Below are positions 45,939 to 55,760 of a stretch of DNA of 64,000 bases, piece after piece. Both the position numbers and the translations under genes were made by a program. Numbering within the stretch: the first letter of the stretch is position 1; each line of letters opens with the position of its first letter. Origin of the DNA: Candidatus Aldehydirespirator sp. (GTDB taxonomy: Bacteria > Actinomycetota > Acidimicrobiia > Acidimicrobiales > Aldehydirespiratoraceae); contig OZ244866.1 of NCBI GenBank assembly GCA_965221185.1, forward strand, positions 2,469,838 to 2,533,837, read 5' to 3'. The notes below the pieces were generated by a model. It saw nothing but the letters and a program-made list of their open reading frames with translations. It made no database searches and was not told the DNA's origin.

Positions 45939-47629
45939 GGGGCCTCGTCCTCCACCCCCAGATAGGAAGCCATCACCTGTCGGTCAGCCAGCGTTCGCTG
46001 GGTCGGACCGGCCGCTATGACCGCACCCCGGTCGAGAACGACAAGTGACTGGCAGACCTGCCGCACGAGCCGGAGGTCGTGCTCTATGAGCACTATTCCG
46101 ACGCTCCACTCGCTCGCGACGATCCGAAGGGCCCTTCCGAGACGACCGGACTCCTCATCAGTGAGGCCGGCCGCGGGCTCGTCGATCAGAGCCACCGACG
46201 GCGCGGCGCTGAAGGCGGCCACCAGTTCCAGGCGACGGCGCTCGGCGCTGTCGAGCTGCGCTATCGGCGTGGCCGCAGCGGGCAAGTCGAAGAGCGCGAG
46301 CAGCCAGTCCCTCTGTGTGGCCGATGTTCGTTCGCGCCCGGTCACGGCAAGGAAGTGACCTACCGAGAGGTTCGTCGGCGTCCGCTCCCGCTGGAACGTG
46401 CGCGACAGCCCTGCCTGGACCCGGCGATGAACCGGCAGTGCGGCCAGCGGGACATGCCCCAAGCTCACGCGTCCGCCGCTGATCGGCACGTATCCCGTCA
46501 CCGCGTCGACGAAGGTCGACTTCCCGGCTCCATTGGGCCCGATCAGTCCCATCACCTCGCCCGGCCTCACCTCAGCCGACACCCGGTCGACGGCTCGTAC
46601 CGACCCGTAGTCCACGGTGAGATCCTCGACCAACAACGGAAGCCGGCGCGCGGACGGCGGTGGGCAATGGCCAACAACGCGCCTAGCCCGTGGCCGCTCG
46701 CCTCCCCGGCGGCTGAATCTTGCGGCCAGAGCGAGCCACTGTCCGGCGATGCCGCCCCCGCCCTGGCTCAGCACCTGCGCCGCCCCGACGGCGAAGATCA
46801 TCGGCCCGATGTCCTGGGACCAGCCCAACACCCGCAGGATCTCTGGCATCCACGACGACAGCGCCCCGGCCAGCGCAGCGCCCAGCGCGCTCGTTGATCC
46901 GGCCATAACCGCCAGCGCGAACATGACCAGCGAATCGAAAGGCTCTAGCTGGCGGGCCGACAGTCGTCCGATCTGAATGGAGAGAAGCCCTCCGGCTATG
47001 CCCGCGACGAAGGCACTGGCCGCGAACGCGGTGAGCTTGGTGACAACGACAGAATGTCCTGCGGCCGCAGTCGCCCGCTCCGATTGCCCGACCAGAGCCC
47101 ACATGGACCCAGCCGTCCGCCGCCGCACCAGACGCAGACCCAACTCGATGAGCACCGCAACGACCAGCGTGAACCACAGGAAGCGCACCTCGGACGCCGC
47201 AAACCGGGGGCGGGGCACCGCGAAGTTCGTACGGGCCCCAGGAAAGCCGCGGTTGAACACCGCAACCTGGATCGCGGCCGCAAATCCGAGGGTCACCACC
47301 GCGAGGTCCACGCCGCGCAGGCGCAGGGCGGGAAGGCCCACCACAACGCCCACGGGAACTGCGGCGAGGCCACCCAAAAGCAGGGCCGCCTCAACCGGAA
47401 CTCCGGAGTTCAGCGTGAGCCACCCGACTGTCCAACCCCCGACGCCGGCCAGGCTCACCTGGCAGAGTGACACCATTCGCGTGTCCGCGTAAAGGAACCC
47501 GACGGAGCGAGCGATGACAGCGGTGATGATCGCGCCGGTCGCGAGGAATAGGCGGAAGTCGCTCAGGGATGAGACCGCGACACCAGCCAGGATCGCGACG
47601 AGCGCGAAGCGAGCATCAGCGCGCGTCAT
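45935..47629 (-). CDS. fused LivM-type permease / LivG-type ATPase
   Basis: ATG 47629 overlaps the livH end by 14 nt. The N-terminal half is a multi-TM permease. The C-terminal half carries GPNGAGKSTF and IDEPAAGL. Confidence 0.85.
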   Translation of the reverse strand: MTRADARFALVAILAGVAVSSLSDFRLFLATGAIITAVIARSVGFLYADTRMVSLCQVSLAGVGGWTVGWLTLNSGVPVEAALLLGGLAAVPVGVVVGLPALRLRGVDLAVVTLGFAAAIQVAVFNRGFPGARTNFAVPRPRFAASEVRFLWFTLVVAVLIELGLRLVRRRTAGSMWALVGQSERATAAAGHSVVVTKLTAFAASAFVAGIAGGLLSIQIGRLSARQLEPFDSLVMFALAVMAGSTSALGAALAGALSSWMPEILRVLGWSQDIGPMIFAVGAAQVLSQGGGGIAGQWLALAARFSRRGGERPRARRVVGHCPPPSARRLPLLVEDLTVDYGSVRAVDRVSAEVRPGEVMGLIGPNGAGKSTFVDAVTGYVPISGGRVSLGHVPLAALPVHRRVQAGLSRTFQRERTPTNLSVGHFLAVTGRERTSATQRDWLLALFDLPAAATPIAQLDSAERRRLELVAAFSAAPSVALIDEPAAGLTDEESGRLGRALRIVASEWSVGIVLIEHDLRLVRQVCQSLVVLDRGAVIAAGPTQRTLADRQVMASYLGVEDEAP

Positions 47630-48473
47630 CCCACACCTCCGCCCGGCGCTGCCAGAGCAGCAGCGCCAGGATGAACAGGAACGGGATCGTGCCGCGGTAG
47701 CGGCTGATGCTTGAGAACCGCCCGGAGTACGCCTCCAGGAAGGCAATGAAGAACCCCGTACCCAAGGTGGGCCATACCCGTGAGAATCGACCCGCGAGGC
47801 CCGCGGCTAGGCCCGGTAGCAACAGGAACACCAACGGCGCGAAGGCGGCCGGCCTGCTGGGGCCAACAAGAATGGCGCCGAGCGCTGCGACTGCCCCGGA
47901 CACTCCCCACACGGTCACCGTCAATCCGCCGACCGGCACGCCGTCCAGTTCGGCGGTCACGGAGTCCTCGGCCATGGCACGCAGGCGGATGCCGACACGG
48001 GTCCGGTGCAGGACCAGGCTTGCAGCCGTGGCAATGGCCAGGGCAAGAATCACCGCCATCATCGTGTCGTAGGTGACTCGCACGCCGGCGAGCTCCTCGA
48101 AGCGCCCCGAGAAGAACGGGCGAGCCGCCCGCGGCTTGTCGCCGAAGACTCTGAACCCAGCGGCCAGCAGGCCCAGCAGGACCGCGATGGCGACGGTGCT
48201 CCTTGTCAGCCGCTCACTGTCGCGGAACCACGACGCGAACACCGCTCCCATCGCCACGCCGATCGCGGCGCCCAAGGCCACGGCCGCGATGGCGGCAGGG
48301 ACGATGGCGGTGCCTGCCTCGACCAGCGCGAGCATCGTGAACGCGCTGAGCGCGCCGACGGCGGTGATGGCGAAGTTGAGCGTGCCCGTCATGCGATACA
48401 TGAGCACGATGCACACGCCGAACAACGCGTAGGCCGCGCCCGAACTCAGCGACGCCGCCAGCGAGCGGATCAT
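47616..48473 (-). CDS. livH: LivH-type ABC transporter permease
   Basis: 285-aa hydrophobic protein with a LivH-like N-terminus (GAAYALFGVCIVLMYRMTGTLNFA). Confidence 0.85.
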   Translation of the reverse strand: MIRSLAASLSSGAAYALFGVCIVLMYRMTGTLNFAITAVGALSAFTMLALVEAGTAIVPAAIAAVALGAAIGVAMGAVFASWFRDSERLTRSTVAIAVLLGLLAAGFRVFGDKPRAARPFFSGRFEELAGVRVTYDTMMAVILALAIATAASLVLHRTRVGIRLRAMAEDSVTAELDGVPVGGLTVTVWGVSGAVAALGAILVGPSRPAAFAPLVFLLLPGLAAGLAGRFSRVWPTLGTGFFIAFLEAYSGRFSSISRYRGTIPFLFILALLLWQRRAEVWDDAR

Positions 48474-48509
48474 GGCCCGGTGGTCCGGCTGCGGCCCCTC
48501 AGGCCGTCA

Positions 48510-49913
48510 TCATGGAACGACGATCCACCCCGGCGTCTTGACCACCCAGGCGCCGTCGACAAGCTCGACGAACTTCGCGGCGCGATTCGATCCATGGGCA
48601 TCACCCTCACCGAACTCGTAGGGAGTCCCGCTGAGGCCGGTGTCGACGGGCTCAAGCCCGAGCAGGGCCGCGGCCACCGATTCCCGGGTGATCTCGCCTT
48701 CGATCCCCTCCAAGACGCCAACCATGATCGTTGCCGCCAGGTAGCCGCCCTCGGCGAAGGATGTCTGGGGCACGCCGGCCTCGTTCATCAGCGCCCGCCA
48801 GTCGCTCAGCACAGCGCTGTCCAAGTCGGTGAAAGGCTCGAACTCCGACGCCAGCACGAGGCCGTTGCCGGTTGCGCCCAGCTGCTCGGCCACGGCCGCC
48901 GTGTATCCCGAGGTGAGCCCGATGATCTGCACGTCGAGGCCTTGGGCCTCACGGAGCTGCATCATCGCCACGTAGTGGAAGTCGTTGGCCTGCACGACGG
49001 CTGCGTCGCAGCCGTTGCTCTCGAGCTCGAGCATGAAGGGCGTCAGGTCGCCGTCGAAGATCAGCGTCGTGTCGCCGTACGCCAGTTCCTTGCCGGTGGC
49101 CGCGGTCCATTCGGCTATGGCCGCTTCGTACGCGGGCTGAAAATCAGGGACGTTGAAGGCCCCGAAGCAGACGTTGTCGGCACCCAGTTCCTCGCTCGCG
49201 TAGAACAGGGCCACCGCATCGGAGAAGAAAGGGCCCGTGTTCACTGGCGAGATGTTTGAAGTGGCGAAACAGACCGGATCGATGCCGGTGCCCTGGATGG
49301 AGTAGAGGCCGACTTCGGCATAGAACTGGGCATTCACGGCGCACTCGAGCAGACTCGCCGATCCAACCATGGCCACGACACCCGGCTCGTCGGCGAGCCG
49401 CCGAGCAGCCTGCGCCGCGAGAGCCGGATCGAATCCGTCGTCCTCGACGATGTAGGAGATCATGCGCCCGCCAATCCCACCGGCGGCGTTGACCCGGTCG
49501 AACACAGCCTGCGCAGCCGAGTGCGATTCGGGGAACGAGGCCGGTCCGGTGAGAGTGGAGATCGCTCCGAGCCGGATCGGACCGGAGCTGGGGGCCGCGG
49601 CCGCCTCGACGACCTCCTCCGCGGGCCTTTCGGTCGTCGGAGACGGGTCCTCCACTGACGGGGCCTGTTCCTGCGTCGACGGAGCTTCCCCGCCGCCGTC
49701 GACGGAGGCGCCTTCGTCGACGGCGGTGCTGCTCGCCGGTGCCTCTTCGACGGCAGTGCTGCTCGCCGGTGCCTCTTCGACGGTGGCCGACGGCACCGGT
49801 TCGGCCGCTGGTCCTTGATCCGACTCGGAGTCGCCGCCGCACCCGGACGCGATCGCGACCAGGACGGCCAGCGGAATCGCTAGACGTTTCAGTGGGTTTG
49901 TTGTCTTGGGCAC
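48510..49913 (-). CDS. livK: LivK-type periplasmic/lipoprotein substrate-binding protein
   Basis: Lipobox (VAIASGCGG). The linker contains a 30-nt tandem repeat at 49722-49781 (VEEAPASSTA twice). A type I periplasmic binding fold follows. Confidence 0.85.
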   Translation of the reverse strand: MPKTTNPLKRLAIPLAVLVAIASGCGGDSESDQGPAAEPVPSATVEEAPASSTAVEEAPASSTAVDEGASVDGGGEAPSTQEQAPSVEDPSPTTERPAEEVVEAAAAPSSGPIRLGAISTLTGPASFPESHSAAQAVFDRVNAAGGIGGRMISYIVEDDGFDPALAAQAARRLADEPGVVAMVGSASLLECAVNAQFYAEVGLYSIQGTGIDPVCFATSNISPVNTGPFFSDAVALFYASEELGADNVCFGAFNVPDFQPAYEAAIAEWTAATGKELAYGDTTLIFDGDLTPFMLELESNGCDAAVVQANDFHYVAMMQLREAQGLDVQIIGLTSGYTAAVAEQLGATGNGLVLASEFEPFTDLDSAVLSDWRALMNEAGVPQTSFAEGGYLAATIMVGVLEGIEGEITRESVAAALLGLEPVDTGLSGTPYEFGEGDAHGSNRAAKFVELVDGAWVVKTPGWIVVP

Positions 49914-49940
49914 TTGTATCCCTCCAGTGGCTTGTTGGTG

Positions 49941-51653
49941 CTAGGTCAGGGGGCTCCCGTTCTTAGGGAATTCACCGAAGACCAGTTGCCCGTCCACGAC
50001 GGTCGCGGCGATCGGGGTCTTGGCGATCTGATGCTCGTCCGTGCCGAGGAGTCGGCCATCCAGGACGCAGTAGTCGGCGGCCATTCCCGGCACCAGGCTG
50101 CCTTTCCATCCCTCCGCCCCGTCCTGCCATGCGCCGTTGACGGTGAATGTCCGGATCGCCTCCAGGACCGATATGCGCTCCTCGGGTCCGTGAACCTCGC
50201 CACTGGCCTTGGACTCGCGGAGAACCGCGGTCTCGACGCCCTGACGCCAACTCGGGAAGGTGATCGGCGCGTCCGAGCTCGATGTGACCGGCACGCCAGC
50301 ATCCAGCGCGGACCGCATCGGCCACTGGTAGTCGGCCCGCTCCTTGCCGATCATCTCCCTCATGAGGTCGGCGATGGTCCACTTGATGGCCGGCTGCATG
50401 CTCGCGCCGAACCCGTGGACCGCCAGGAGGTTCAGTGCTTTCGCGCTGGCAAGGTCGGCGTGGATCACATAGTGCCTGGGATCAGGACGGGGACTGCGGT
50501 TCTGGGCTCTCACCAGGGAGGCGATCGTCGCGTCGATGGCGCGGTCACCGGTCACGTGAACGCCGATCTGATGGCCCGCGCCGTGGCCGAGCTCGATCAT
50601 GGCTTCAAGATCCGCGAGCCGTTCATCGTCGGTCTCGCCGGCGACCGTGAGACAACCGCAGCCGCCTCCCACATACTGCTGCGTCAACCAGCCCGTCTTG
50701 TTCGGTGGGACCCCGTCAGCGAAGAACTTGATGCCGGCGACACGGAACCAGCCGGGCTTCTCCGGCGGTGGCATGAAGGAGTCCAGATGCTGGGTCACGT
50801 CATTGAGACTCGATGTGGTGGGCGGACTGAAGGCCAGCAGCACCGTCGTGCGGAGGGCGAAATCCTCCCGGCCGGCCCGCTCGCCCAGCCGCTGCAGGAA
50901 GCGCTCCCCGGCAGCCCCTCCCTCGAATGCGTTCCCGCCCGGGCCGAGCGCCGCGTCGGTGACCGAGGTGATGCCTTCGGCATGCACGATCTCGCGGACC
51001 GTGTCCAGCGCTTGATCGAGCTCCATGTCCGTCAGAGGTGGCACGATCCGGTCGATCATGGCGCCCGCCGCTTCGCGTAGTAGGCCCGTCGGTCGCCGGC
51101 TTCGGTTCCTGACGATCACACCGCCGGTTGGATCCGGGGTGTCCTCATGGATGCCCGCCAGCTCAAGCGCCCTGCTGTTGACCCAGAGCTGGTGTCCGGA
51201 GAAGTCGCGCAGCGCGACGGGTACATCGGCGCTGGCCGCGTCGAGGTCGTCTCGATTCGGGAGGCGTCCCGGATGGGCGTCCTGGAGGTAGCCGATGTCC
51301 CATCCAGTCCCCTTCACCCATCCGTTGACCGGTCGGGCAGACCCAACCGCGTCGATCACGTCCGCGATGGACCTGACCGCGGGGAATCCGACGTCCACTG
51401 CGAGCGGAGGACGCACCGCGCCGAAGTAGCCGATGTGCATGTGGGAGTCGTTGATGCCGGGCACAACGGTCCGCCCGTCCAGGTCGACAACCTCGGTGCG
51501 CGGTCCGGCCAGGGAGGTGACGTCGTCGTTTCGACCGACTGCGCACACGCGGCTGCCGCGCACGGCCATGGCCTCGACGACGTTGTCGCCGCATGCAGTC
51601 ACGATCTGCCCGTGCCGAAGAATCCGGTCGGGTGCGTCCAGGTCGCGAGCCAT
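49941..51653 (-). CDS. metal-dependent amidohydrolase (YtcJ-like)
   Basis: ATG 51653 gives MARDLDAPDRILRHGQIV.... HxH motif (GINDSHMH). The upstream 338 codons of track ORF 49941..52667 are antisense to the ADC-family gene. Confidence 0.85.
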   Translation of the reverse strand: MARDLDAPDRILRHGQIVTACGDNVVEAMAVRGSRVCAVGRNDDVTSLAGPRTEVVDLDGRTVVPGINDSHMHIGYFGAVRPPLAVDVGFPAVRSIADVIDAVGSARPVNGWVKGTGWDIGYLQDAHPGRLPNRDDLDAASADVPVALRDFSGHQLWVNSRALELAGIHEDTPDPTGGVIVRNRSRRPTGLLREAAGAMIDRIVPPLTDMELDQALDTVREIVHAEGITSVTDAALGPGGNAFEGGAAGERFLQRLGERAGREDFALRTTVLLAFSPPTTSSLNDVTQHLDSFMPPPEKPGWFRVAGIKFFADGVPPNKTGWLTQQYVGGGCGCLTVAGETDDERLADLEAMIELGHGAGHQIGVHVTGDRAIDATIASLVRAQNRSPRPDPRHYVIHADLASAKALNLLAVHGFGASMQPAIKWTIADLMREMIGKERADYQWPMRSALDAGVPVTSSSDAPITFPSWRQGVETAVLRESKASGEVHGPEERISVLEAIRTFTVNGAWQDGAEGWKGSLVPGMAADYCVLDGRLLGTDEHQIAKTPIAATVVDGQLVFGEFPKNGSPLT

Positions 51654-51765
51654 GAGGCGATTGAAGCAAGCGGCGAGGCTCGCGCCAATCGGCAGATCTA
51701 CCGATTCTTGGCTGATCACGTCCCCATCTCTGCGGTATGTCTGGCCGACGAAGTCGATTTGCCCG

Positions 51766-51794
51766 TTGATCGTTCGGTGCCAAACAATTATGCT
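51766..51794 (+). promoter_or_regulatory. putative promoter/operator (copy 2 of the duplicated module)
   Basis: TTGATC (51766-51771), 17 nt, then TATGCT (51789-51794), then 6 nt to ATG 51801. The inverted repeat is degenerate here (ATCGTT-N8-AACAAT). Confidence 0.5.
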
Positions 51795-51800
51795 CGGAGC

Positions 51801-52619
51801 ATGGCCGAGCTCCAGGGGTTCATGTACCCGCGGACGCCCACCGGGATCGCAGGCATCGTGCCAGCACCCCCCTGGCACTACTCCGGTGAAATGCTCACCG
51901 TCGAGTACCGCACCGACCCGGACCGGGTGGCCGAGCTGCTTCCCGATCCCCTGGAGCCGGCCCCGGACGACCCGGGCGCGGTGGCCATGATCTGGGCCGA
52001 GTGGCAGAGCTGCAGCAACACCTTCGAGGAGCTGCTCGACCCGGTGCGAGCCCAGTACCGGGAGGTGTTCGCGGTCGTGCGCTGCCGCTACCGGGGCTCC
52101 ACCTACAGCCGGGCGTCCTACATCTGGGTGGACAAGGACTTCGCCATGGCCCGGGGCCACGTGCAGGGCTACCCCAAGAAGATGGGCGAGATCGCCATGA
52201 CCAGGCCGGTGACGGTGGGCCGGGCCGGGCCCCGTCTGGAGCCTGGCGGGCGCTTCGGAGCCACCTTGAGCACCTGGGGCCGACGAATCGCCGAGGCCCA
52301 GTTCACGATTACCGGCACGGCCGAGACCCCCGGCTTCGTCAACGGTCATCCGATGCTGCACAGCCGCCAGATACCGGCCATCGAAGTCGACGGGGCCGAC
52401 TCGCTCGACGAGCTGGTCACCATGCGGGGCTACGACGCCGACCTCGGACCGGTGTACTCGGGCGACGCCGAGCTGATGCTGCCCGAGTGCCCCACCGAGG
52501 AGCTGCACGTCCTCCAGCCCGTCGAGATGATCGGCGGCTACTACCGCCAGGTCGGCATGTCCATGGCGGGGGGCACAACCCTGTGGGCCGCCCCCAACCC
52601 CAAGACCGGGAGCGAATAG
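51801..52619 (+). CDS. acetoacetate decarboxylase (ADC) family protein
   Basis: ATG 51801. N-terminus MAELQGFMYPRTPTGIAGIVPAPPWHYSGEMLTVEYRTDPDRV is typical of the ADC family. Confidence 0.8.
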   Translation: MAELQGFMYPRTPTGIAGIVPAPPWHYSGEMLTVEYRTDPDRVAELLPDPLEPAPDDPGAVAMIWAEWQSCSNTFEELLDPVRAQYREVFAVVRCRYRGSTYSRASYIWVDKDFAMARGHVQGYPKKMGEIAMTRPVTVGRAGPRLEPGGRFGATLSTWGRRIAEAQFTITGTAETPGFVNGHPMLHSRQIPAIEVDGADSLDELVTMRGYDADLGPVYSGDAELMLPECPTEELHVLQPVEMIGGYYRQVGMSMAGGTTLWAAPNPKTGSE

Positions 52620-52705
52620 CCCGTGGATGCGCTCCCCAGCGGCTTTCGTCGCGCTTTCTGGTGACATGCGCCAGAAATCGCGATGAAACAGCGAGAGGAC
52701 CGTCG

Positions 52706-53986
52706 TTGAGCCCGGCCGCAGCCACGTTCGTGGACGGCTACCTCGACGACCACGGCGATGACGACGCCGACCTGTCGTCGCACGACTCGTTCACCTCCGG
52801 CGTGCCCCACGCCACCTTCAGCCGGCTGCGCCGCGATGATCCAGTGCACTGGACTCCCGAGACCGACGGTTCCGGATTCTGGTCGATCACCCGCTACCAC
52901 GACGCCGTCTCCGTGAGCCGCGACGTCGAGACGTTCACCTCCACCAAGGGCATCCGCCTCGAGGAGATGGACGACGACCAGCTCGAGGCCCGCGGCACGA
53001 TGATGGAGCTCGACCCGCCCGAGCACACCCGGCTGCGCCGGCTGGTGAACCGGGGATTCACCCGCCGCACCGTCGAGTCCTACGAGGACTCCATCCGGGC
53101 CCTGGCCGCCGAGGTGCTCGACGAGGCCCTCACCGCCGGCACCTTCGACTTCGTGACCGATGTGGCGGCCAAGCTGCCCATGCGGATGCTGGGACGGCTC
53201 CTGGGCACCAGCGACTCCGACGGCCACCAGCTGGTGGAGTGGGGCGACGCCTTCCTGGGGAACAGCGACCCCGAGTTCACCACCCACGTGGTCGACACGG
53301 CCGACACCGAGGAGTTCCGGCTGATGCCGTTCCGCAGCCCGGCCGCCATCGAGGTGTTCCGGTACGCCGAGCGTGCGGCCGCGGCGCGCCGGGCCTGCCC
53401 CCGCAACGACGTGATCACCCAACTGCTGGCCCCCACCCGGGACGGCGAGCCGCTGAGCGACCTCGAGTTCAAGAACTTCTTCACCCTGCTCATCGCGGCG
53501 GGCAACGACACCACCCGCTACACGATGACTCACGGGATCGACACGATGATGCGCCATCCCAGCCTGTGGCGAGCCTGGCGGGCCGATCCCTGCCTCACCC
53601 ACACCGCGGTGGAGGAGGTTCTGCGCACCAGCGCGGTGACAATGCACTTCCGCCGCACCGCTACCCGTCCCACGGCCATCGGCGGAAAGCAAATCGCCAC
53701 CGGCGACAAGGTGGTGATGTGGTTCTGCTCCGCCAACCACGACGAAGACGGTTTCGGTGCCCCCTGGCGCTTCGATCTGGCCCGCGACCCCAACGACCAC
53801 ATGGCCTTCGGGCGCAACGGCCCGCACCTGTGCCTGGGCGCCTGGCTGGCCCGCATGGAGGCCCGGCTCGTGTTCGAGGAGCTGATGAAGCGGGTCGACC
53901 GCCTCGAGCCCGACGGCGAGCCCCAGTACCTGCGCTCCAACTTCATCGCCGGCATCAAGCACCTGCCCGTTCGGGTGGTGGCATGA
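52706..53986 (+). CDS. cytochrome P450
   Basis: TTG 52706 with GAGAGGA upstream; GTG 52661 is an alternative start. EXXR motif (VEEVLR) and heme loop FGRNGPHLCLGAWLA. Confidence 0.9.
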   Translation: MSPAAATFVDGYLDDHGDDDADLSSHDSFTSGVPHATFSRLRRDDPVHWTPETDGSGFWSITRYHDAVSVSRDVETFTSTKGIRLEEMDDDQLEARGTMMELDPPEHTRLRRLVNRGFTRRTVESYEDSIRALAAEVLDEALTAGTFDFVTDVAAKLPMRMLGRLLGTSDSDGHQLVEWGDAFLGNSDPEFTTHVVDTADTEEFRLMPFRSPAAIEVFRYAERAAAARRACPRNDVITQLLAPTRDGEPLSDLEFKNFFTLLIAAGNDTTRYTMTHGIDTMMRHPSLWRAWRADPCLTHTAVEEVLRTSAVTMHFRRTATRPTAIGGKQIATGDKVVMWFCSANHDEDGFGAPWRFDLARDPNDHMAFGRNGPHLCLGAWLARMEARLVFEELMKRVDRLEPDGEPQYLRSNFIAGIKHLPVRVVA

Positions 53987-54040
53987 TGCCCAGAGGCCGA
54001 GTGGAAGGGCCCGGCCCGCTGGGAATCGTCACAAGATGCA

Positions 54041-54090
54041 GAGCGAGGCCGTGGCCCGAGCGGCCCGTGAGCGCAGCGAACAAGAGCGGG
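54041..54090 (+). repeat. copy A of a perfect 50-bp inverted repeat
   Basis: GAGCGAGGCCGTGGCCCGAGCGGCCCGTGAGCGCAGCGAACAAGAGCGGG lies 75-124 nt upstream of the LigB-type gene start. It is the exact reverse complement of 58893-58942. Confidence 0.95.
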
Positions 54091-54164
54091 AGACACGACG
54101 CTGCACCGCGAGACGGCAGATACCCGTCCATGCTTGCTCTCAGCAGCCGCCGGGAGGTCTGACC

Positions 54165-55025
54165 ATGGGTGCGATAGTGGGTGCCGCGCTGGTGTCGCAC
54201 GTGCCGCCGCTGGTGATGTCCGAGAGCGATCGGCGGGCGCTGAACGGCGGCGAGGACACCTCCCTGTTCGCGGGTCTGCACGCGCTGCGGGCCGAGCGCC
54301 TGGCTCCCGCCGCGGCCGACACCGTGGTGGTGGTCGACACCCACTGGTTCACCACCATCGAGCACGTGATCTCCGCCCATGAGCGGCGCAAGGGACTGTT
54401 CACCTCCGACGAACTGCCCCGGGGCATGTGCGCCATGCCCTACGACATGCCCGGCGACCCCGAGCTGGCCCACGCCTTCGCGGCGGCCGCGGCCGGCCGC
54501 GACGACGCCTGGGTGACAGCCATAGACGACCCCCACCTGCCGGTGCACTACCCAACCATCAACCTGCTCGGCTTCCTGCAGGGCGACGAGCGCTGGGTGT
54601 CGATGGGCGTGTGCCAGACCGCCGAGCCAGCGGACTTCCTGCTGGCCGGCCAGCTTCTGGCCTCCGCGGTGGCCGGTCTCGACCGCCGGGTGGTGGTGCT
54701 GGCCAGCGGCGGGCTCAGCCACCGGTTCTGGCCGCTGCGGCAGTTCCGCGACCACGAGGGCGCCGATCCCGACCTCCACATCCGCACCCCCGAGGCGGCC
54801 GCGGCCGACCGCAGGGTGCTCGCTTGGATGGCCGCCGGCGACCACGCCGCCATCATCGACTTCCTGCCCGAATACTCCCGCCACGCCCCCGAGGGCTACT
54901 TCGGCCACTACCTGGTCATGGTGGGGGCGCTCGGCGGACCGGCCTGCACCGCACCGGGCGTCCAGTTCGGACAGTACGAGTCGGTGTCGGGCACAGGCCA
55001 GGCCCACGTATGGTTCGACCTGTGA
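54165..55025 (+). CDS. class III extradiol ring-cleavage dioxygenase (LigB family)
   Basis: ATG 54165 with GGGAGG 7 nt upstream. LigB-type sequence (VVVVDTHWF, LASGGLSHRF). Confidence 0.7.
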   Translation: MGAIVGAALVSHVPPLVMSESDRRALNGGEDTSLFAGLHALRAERLAPAAADTVVVVDTHWFTTIEHVISAHERRKGLFTSDELPRGMCAMPYDMPGDPELAHAFAAAAAGRDDAWVTAIDDPHLPVHYPTINLLGFLQGDERWVSMGVCQTAEPADFLLAGQLLASAVAGLDRRVVVLASGGLSHRFWPLRQFRDHEGADPDLHIRTPEAAAADRRVLAWMAAGDHAAIIDFLPEYSRHAPEGYFGHYLVMVGALGGPACTAPGVQFGQYESVSGTGQAHVWFDL

Positions 55026-55750
55026 GCAAGTCGCGGCGGGCCCTGGTGCTCGCCCACGAACCCCAGGGCACCAGCGCGCTGGTGGGCGAGCGGCTGGCGC
55101 AGCAGGGCTACGACGTGCACGAACATGTGGTGACCGCAGACCTGGACCGCCCCAACGACGCCGCGCCCTTTCCCGACGCCGCCGGCTACGACGTACTGGT
55201 GCCGATGGGCTCGATCCGCTCACTCACCAACACCGGCGAGATCGACAGCTGGATCTTCGACGAGATCGACATGATGAGAACGGCGCGACAGCGGGGCACG
55301 CCCATCCTCGGTGTGTGCTTCGGCGGCCAGCTGCTGGCTGCTTCCTTCGGTGGAGCCGTCGAGGAAGCGCCGGTCCCCGAGATCGGCTGGTACGAGGTCT
55401 ACGAACCCGACGGCTCACCCAACGGGGCGCGCAACCCGCTGGGTCCCGGGCCGTGGTTCCAGTGGCACCACGACCGTTTCACCCCTCCTGAGGAGGCAGA
55501 CGTCCTGGCCGTGAACGACAACGCCGTGCAGCTGTTCCGGCTGGACCGCTGCGTGGGCACGCAGTTCCACCCCGAGGTGACCTACGCCCACCTCGAAGGC
55601 TTCCTGTCAGGGGCAGACGAGGAGTACCTGGCCGAGCACGGCCTGAGCCGGGAGGGACTGCTGGAGAGCGTGCGTCACCACGAAGACCGCAACGCCCGGC
55701 AGTGCACCGCCCTAGTCGACTGGTTCCTCGACGAGGTGGCCGACTCTTAG
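55022..55750 (+). CDS. class I glutamine amidotransferase-like protein
   Basis: GTG 55022 forms a GTGA overlap with the LigB-type gene's stop. Nucleophile elbow GVCFGGQLL and the His/Glu region QFHPE. Confidence 0.8.
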   Translation: MSKSRRALVLAHEPQGTSALVGERLAQQGYDVHEHVVTADLDRPNDAAPFPDAAGYDVLVPMGSIRSLTNTGEIDSWIFDEIDMMRTARQRGTPILGVCFGGQLLAASFGGAVEEAPVPEIGWYEVYEPDGSPNGARNPLGPGPWFQWHHDRFTPPEEADVLAVNDNAVQLFRLDRCVGTQFHPEVTYAHLEGFLSGADEEYLAEHGLSREGLLESVRHHEDRNARQCTALVDWFLDEVADS

Positions 55751-55760
55751 GCTCCCTCCT

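Noticed and set aside
51654-52667. 5' 338 codons of the 908-aa track ORF 49941..52667, and the 5' part of 51147..52619.
   Set aside because: Each overlaps the other gene's real coding region on the opposite strand. Amidohydrolase similarity starts at ATG 51653 and ADC similarity at ATG 51801.
53955-55223. 422-aa minus-strand ORF, and the 5' part of plus ORF 54428..55750.
   Set aside because: The minus ORF is antisense and the other is off-frame to the LigB-type and GATase-like genes. Both have Arg/Gly/Pro-rich composition and no motifs.
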